Positions 62,601-64,000 of a stretch of 64,000 nt of DNA are shown in pieces (position 1 is the first letter of the stretch; each line of letters starts with the position of its first letter). The position numbers and the translations under genes are program-made. A model generated the notes under the pieces. The model saw only the letters and a program-made list of their open reading frames with translations. It had not been told where the DNA came from and made no database searches. Source of the DNA: Bacteroidales bacterium. GTDB lineage: Bacteria > Bacteroidota > Bacteroidia > Bacteroidales > JAAYUG01. The DNA lies in NCBI GenBank assembly GCA_012517825.1, contig JAAYUG010000028.1:667-64666 (forward strand), read 5' to 3'.

Positions 62601-64000
62601 CAGGTGGTTCAGGAACCTTTGAGTACAGTGTTACCGGTTATCCCTGGCAGGCCGCAGCAACCTTCAGCGGGTTACCTGCCGGAACCTACAATGTTTTCAT
62701 CAGGGATGCCGGCAATCCTTCCTGTCAGAGAACACTGGCAACAGGACTTGTTATCAGCCAGCCGGCTGTTCTTACGGCTAATGTTGCCAAAACTGACGTG
62801 ACCTGTTTCGGAGGGAGTGATGGTTCAATATCAATAACCAGTCCTGCCGGTGGACATGGAACTTATGAATATTCCATTAACGGAGGTTCTTCGTGGCAAT
62901 CTGCTGGAAATTATACAGGATTGCCGGTGGGAAGCTACAATGTGCAGATCAGGGATGCCGCCTATCCCTCCTGCTTTGTTGTTCTCAATCCAGCTCTGAC
63001 GATAACTCAGCCTTCCCTACTTTCAGCTGCAGTTGCAAAAACTGATGTCACCTGTTTTGGCGGAAATAATGGCACGATTACCATCAGCAGTCCATCGGGT
63101 GGCCACGGAAGCTATGAATACAGCATTAACGGAGGTTCTTCCTGGCAGGTATCGGGCAACTTCGCCGGACTGATTGCTGGAACCTACGACGTGCGGATGC
63201 GGGATGCACTTTATCCGGTTTGTTCGGTAATCCTCAGCGGTGCGTTGGTTATTAACCAGCCTGCACAGCTCACGGCAAGTCTCTCAAAAATTGACGTTTC
63301 GTGCCATGGGGGGAACGACGGGGTTATTTCCATCAGCGGAGCCGCCGGTGGACATGGCACCTATGAATATTCAATAAACGGAGGAAGCAGCTGGCAGGCA
63401 TCCGGCGTTTTTGCCGGGTTAACGGCCGGAACATACGATGTAAGGATGCGTGATGCTGCCTATCCGGCATGTTCAGTCGTTCTCAATCCTGCCTATCAGA
63501 TTACAGAGCCTCCCGCTCTTACTGCCACTATAGCTACGACCAATGTAACCTGCCATGGTTCTGCCGATGGATCGATTACTATAAGCAATGCACAGGGCGG
63601 ACATGGCACGTATGAGTTCAGTATTACAGGAGGCATCAGCTGGCAAAGTTCGGGGGTATTTACCGGACTTCCGGCCGGCTTTTATGATGTACGCATCCGT
63701 GATGCTGCCTATCCGATTTGCAGCACCATTCTTAATCCGGCACTTGAGATTACCCAGCCGGGTTTACTTACAGCTGTCATCAGCAATACCGATGTAACCT
63801 GTTCCGGAGGAAGTGACGGGAGCATAACTCTTTCCGGCGCTCAGGGAGGTCATGGACATTATGAATACTCTATTAGCGGAGGAACCAGCTGGCAGGCAAA
63901 TGGTTCATTTACGGGTCTCCCGTCGGGAAGCTATGATGTGCGGATGCGCGATGCTGATTTTCCGGGATGTTTTGTAGTACTGAATCCCGCACTGACAATC
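59666..64000 (+). CDS. Giant SprB-repeat cell-surface protein (gliding-adhesin-like), 3'-truncated by the window edge
   Basis: Not in the ORF track because no stop occurs before nt 64000. Manual translation from the ATG at 59666 gives MRNKKTICLALLGLLAGVVIHAQ (signal peptide) followed by >=16 units of ...NVTCFGGNDGSITIS.P.GG.G.YEYSINGG.SWQ.SG.F.GL.AGTYDVR.RDA..P.C..VLN.AL.I.QP.... The frame stays open for 1445 codons. Confidence 0.85.
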   Translation, partial: MRNKKTICLALLGLLAGVVIHAQPIILSKNITNVSPCSSSSNGEVTITIRKNGTDQFTYTIYKNFPIVTQSIGPTSDTVVTFSGLEKASYFFILKWDLPSSNVMSDWITIGGPGIIDIASQSVTAITCHGDNNGSITVSGSGETGNYVYELFNSVPVKVTENGTGVFTNLSGDTYTVRVSDVTCPGSKTSSPLTVQDPPPISITGTSSANVNCYGASNGSIQVTASGGTGTLTYTISPGGSANNNGLFTNLGPGTYTVSVTDANNCPAAVAGPVTITEPAVLNASVASTNVTCFGSADGTISITSPSGGSGNYQYSINGGSSWQGSGNYTGLPAGTYDVRLRDQAVPTCEVVLSGSLTITQPAVLNATVLSTNVTCFGGNNGSITLSSPTGGSGQYEFTINGGTSWSSSGTFTSLTAGTYDVRMRDKLQPSCEKVLNGSLQITQPLQMSATVSKTDVTGCYGYTNGSITISSPVGGSGVYDFTINGGSSWQGSGSFTNLAAGTYNVQMRDRNVPSCIIILNSSLVINQPDPLTATITTKDVTCFGNDDGEIKFNNPQGGSGSYQFSVNGGTVWRTNGTFSKTAVPPYPITAGTYSLMMRNTLVPYCQTSLGTAVINQPGQLNATLVVTQITCNGASNGTITFSSASGGSGAYQYSINGGTSWNDNPLFSGLAAGTYNCQIRDKNVPTCSRILNSAVAITEPAALNADVASTNVTCNGANDGTITISNPTGGWGTYEFTINGGTSWQSSGNYTGLAPASYNVQMRDAANPSCIKVLNAALVITQPNALTATVNKTDVTCFGGNDGSIIISNPQGGYGTYEFSINGGSAWQASGTFAGLSAGTYDVRIRDAAHTGCFVVLNPALVISQPGQLNAAVSKTDVTGCYGNNNGAITISSPSGGSGAYQYSINGGSSWEASGTYSGLVAGTYDVRIRDAAAPSCTRILNSALVITQPAQLNGTVSKTDVTCNGGNDGSITISGASGGSGTFEYSVTGYPWQAAATFSGLPAGTYNVFIRDAGNPSCQRTLATGLVISQPAVLTANVAKTDVTCFGGSDGSISITSPAGGHGTYEYSINGGSSWQSAGNYTGLPVGSYNVQIRDAAYPSCFVVLNPALTITQPSLLSAAVAKTDVTCFGGNNGTITISSPSGGHGSYEYSINGGSSWQVSGNFAGLIAGTYDVRMRDALYPVCSVILSGALVINQPAQLTASLSKIDVSCHGGNDGVISISGAAGGHGTYEYSINGGSSWQASGVFAGLTAGTYDVRMRDAAYPACSVVLNPAYQITEPPALTATIATTNVTCHGSADGSITISNAQGGHGTYEFSITGGISWQSSGVFTGLPAGFYDVRIRDAAYPICSTILNPALEITQPGLLTAVISNTDVTCSGGSDGSITLSGAQGGHGHYEYSISGGTSWQANGSFTGLPSGSYDVRMRDADFPGCFVVLNPALTI
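59990..64000 (+). repeat. Tandem in-frame coding repeats, unit ~249 bp (83 aa), >=16 copies
   Basis: Unit boundaries (I-T/N-Q/E-P) recur near 60491, 60741, 60989, 61241, 61506, 61757, 62006, 62255, 62507, 62750, 63001, 63250, 63499 and 63748. Two more divergent units lie upstream. Confidence 0.85.

Noticed and set aside
61051-63797. Short ORFs on both strands inside the repeat array (e.g. 61223..61624, 61676..61903, 62049..62303, 62592..62801, 63588..63797).
   Set aside because: They are off-frame or antisense products of the 249-bp coding repeats. The main frame is open for 1445 codons and shows a conserved repeat consensus.
1-64000. CRISPR arrays, IS elements/transposases, integrases, prophage genes and rRNA.
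   Set aside because: No short regularly spaced direct repeats were seen outside the SprB coding repeats. No DDE/tyrosine/serine recombinase-like ORFs and no rRNA-like sequences were recognised on either strand.

Overview
This 64-kb chromosomal segment looks like Bacteroidota. The signs are T9SS type-A C-terminal sorting domains, an SprB-repeat surface protein, a LytTR/LiaF module, and recurrent TAnnTTTG '-7' promoter boxes 18-85 nt upstream of start codons. I support about 57 protein-coding genes (one interrupted by a stop codon) and one tRNA. I saw no rRNA, CRISPR array, transposase or integrase.

Content in order:
- 5'-truncated CrtI-like oxidoreductase, an Ig-like lipoprotein, lgt and a flavodoxin.
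- Metal-homeostasis block (5.2-16.6 kb): a CDF transporter, a permease with an HMA domain, an ECF sigma factor with an in-frame TAG, an anti-sigma factor, two LTxxQ (Spy/CpxP/ZraP-like) periplasmic proteins, a CzcA-type RND pump fused in one ORF to a TolC-like outer-membrane factor, and an adaptor subunit. gpmA and a small lipoprotein gene sit inside this block.
- Housekeeping genes: lolE-like, rbfA, trpS, dnaG, metK, tRNA-CAT, mtnA/mtnP, rnr.
- A likely five-gene operon: LiaF-like, LytS-type kinase, LytTR regulator, an orphan 'ligase-associated' exonuclease, and a 2xCDGSH-SDR fusion.
- Photolyase, pepP, mntP, a TonB-dependent receptor, cobB, ubiX and comF.
- A very large SprB-repeat protein that runs off the 3' edge.

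The best candidate for an uncharacterised system is an AT-rich two-gene insertion at 31.5-33.3 kb. It encodes an OLD/PARIS-like ABC ATPase translationally coupled to a small TOPRIM-like protein, wedged between a HAD hydrolase gene and the methionine-salvage genes.

All family calls come from reading motifs by eye. No database search was run.
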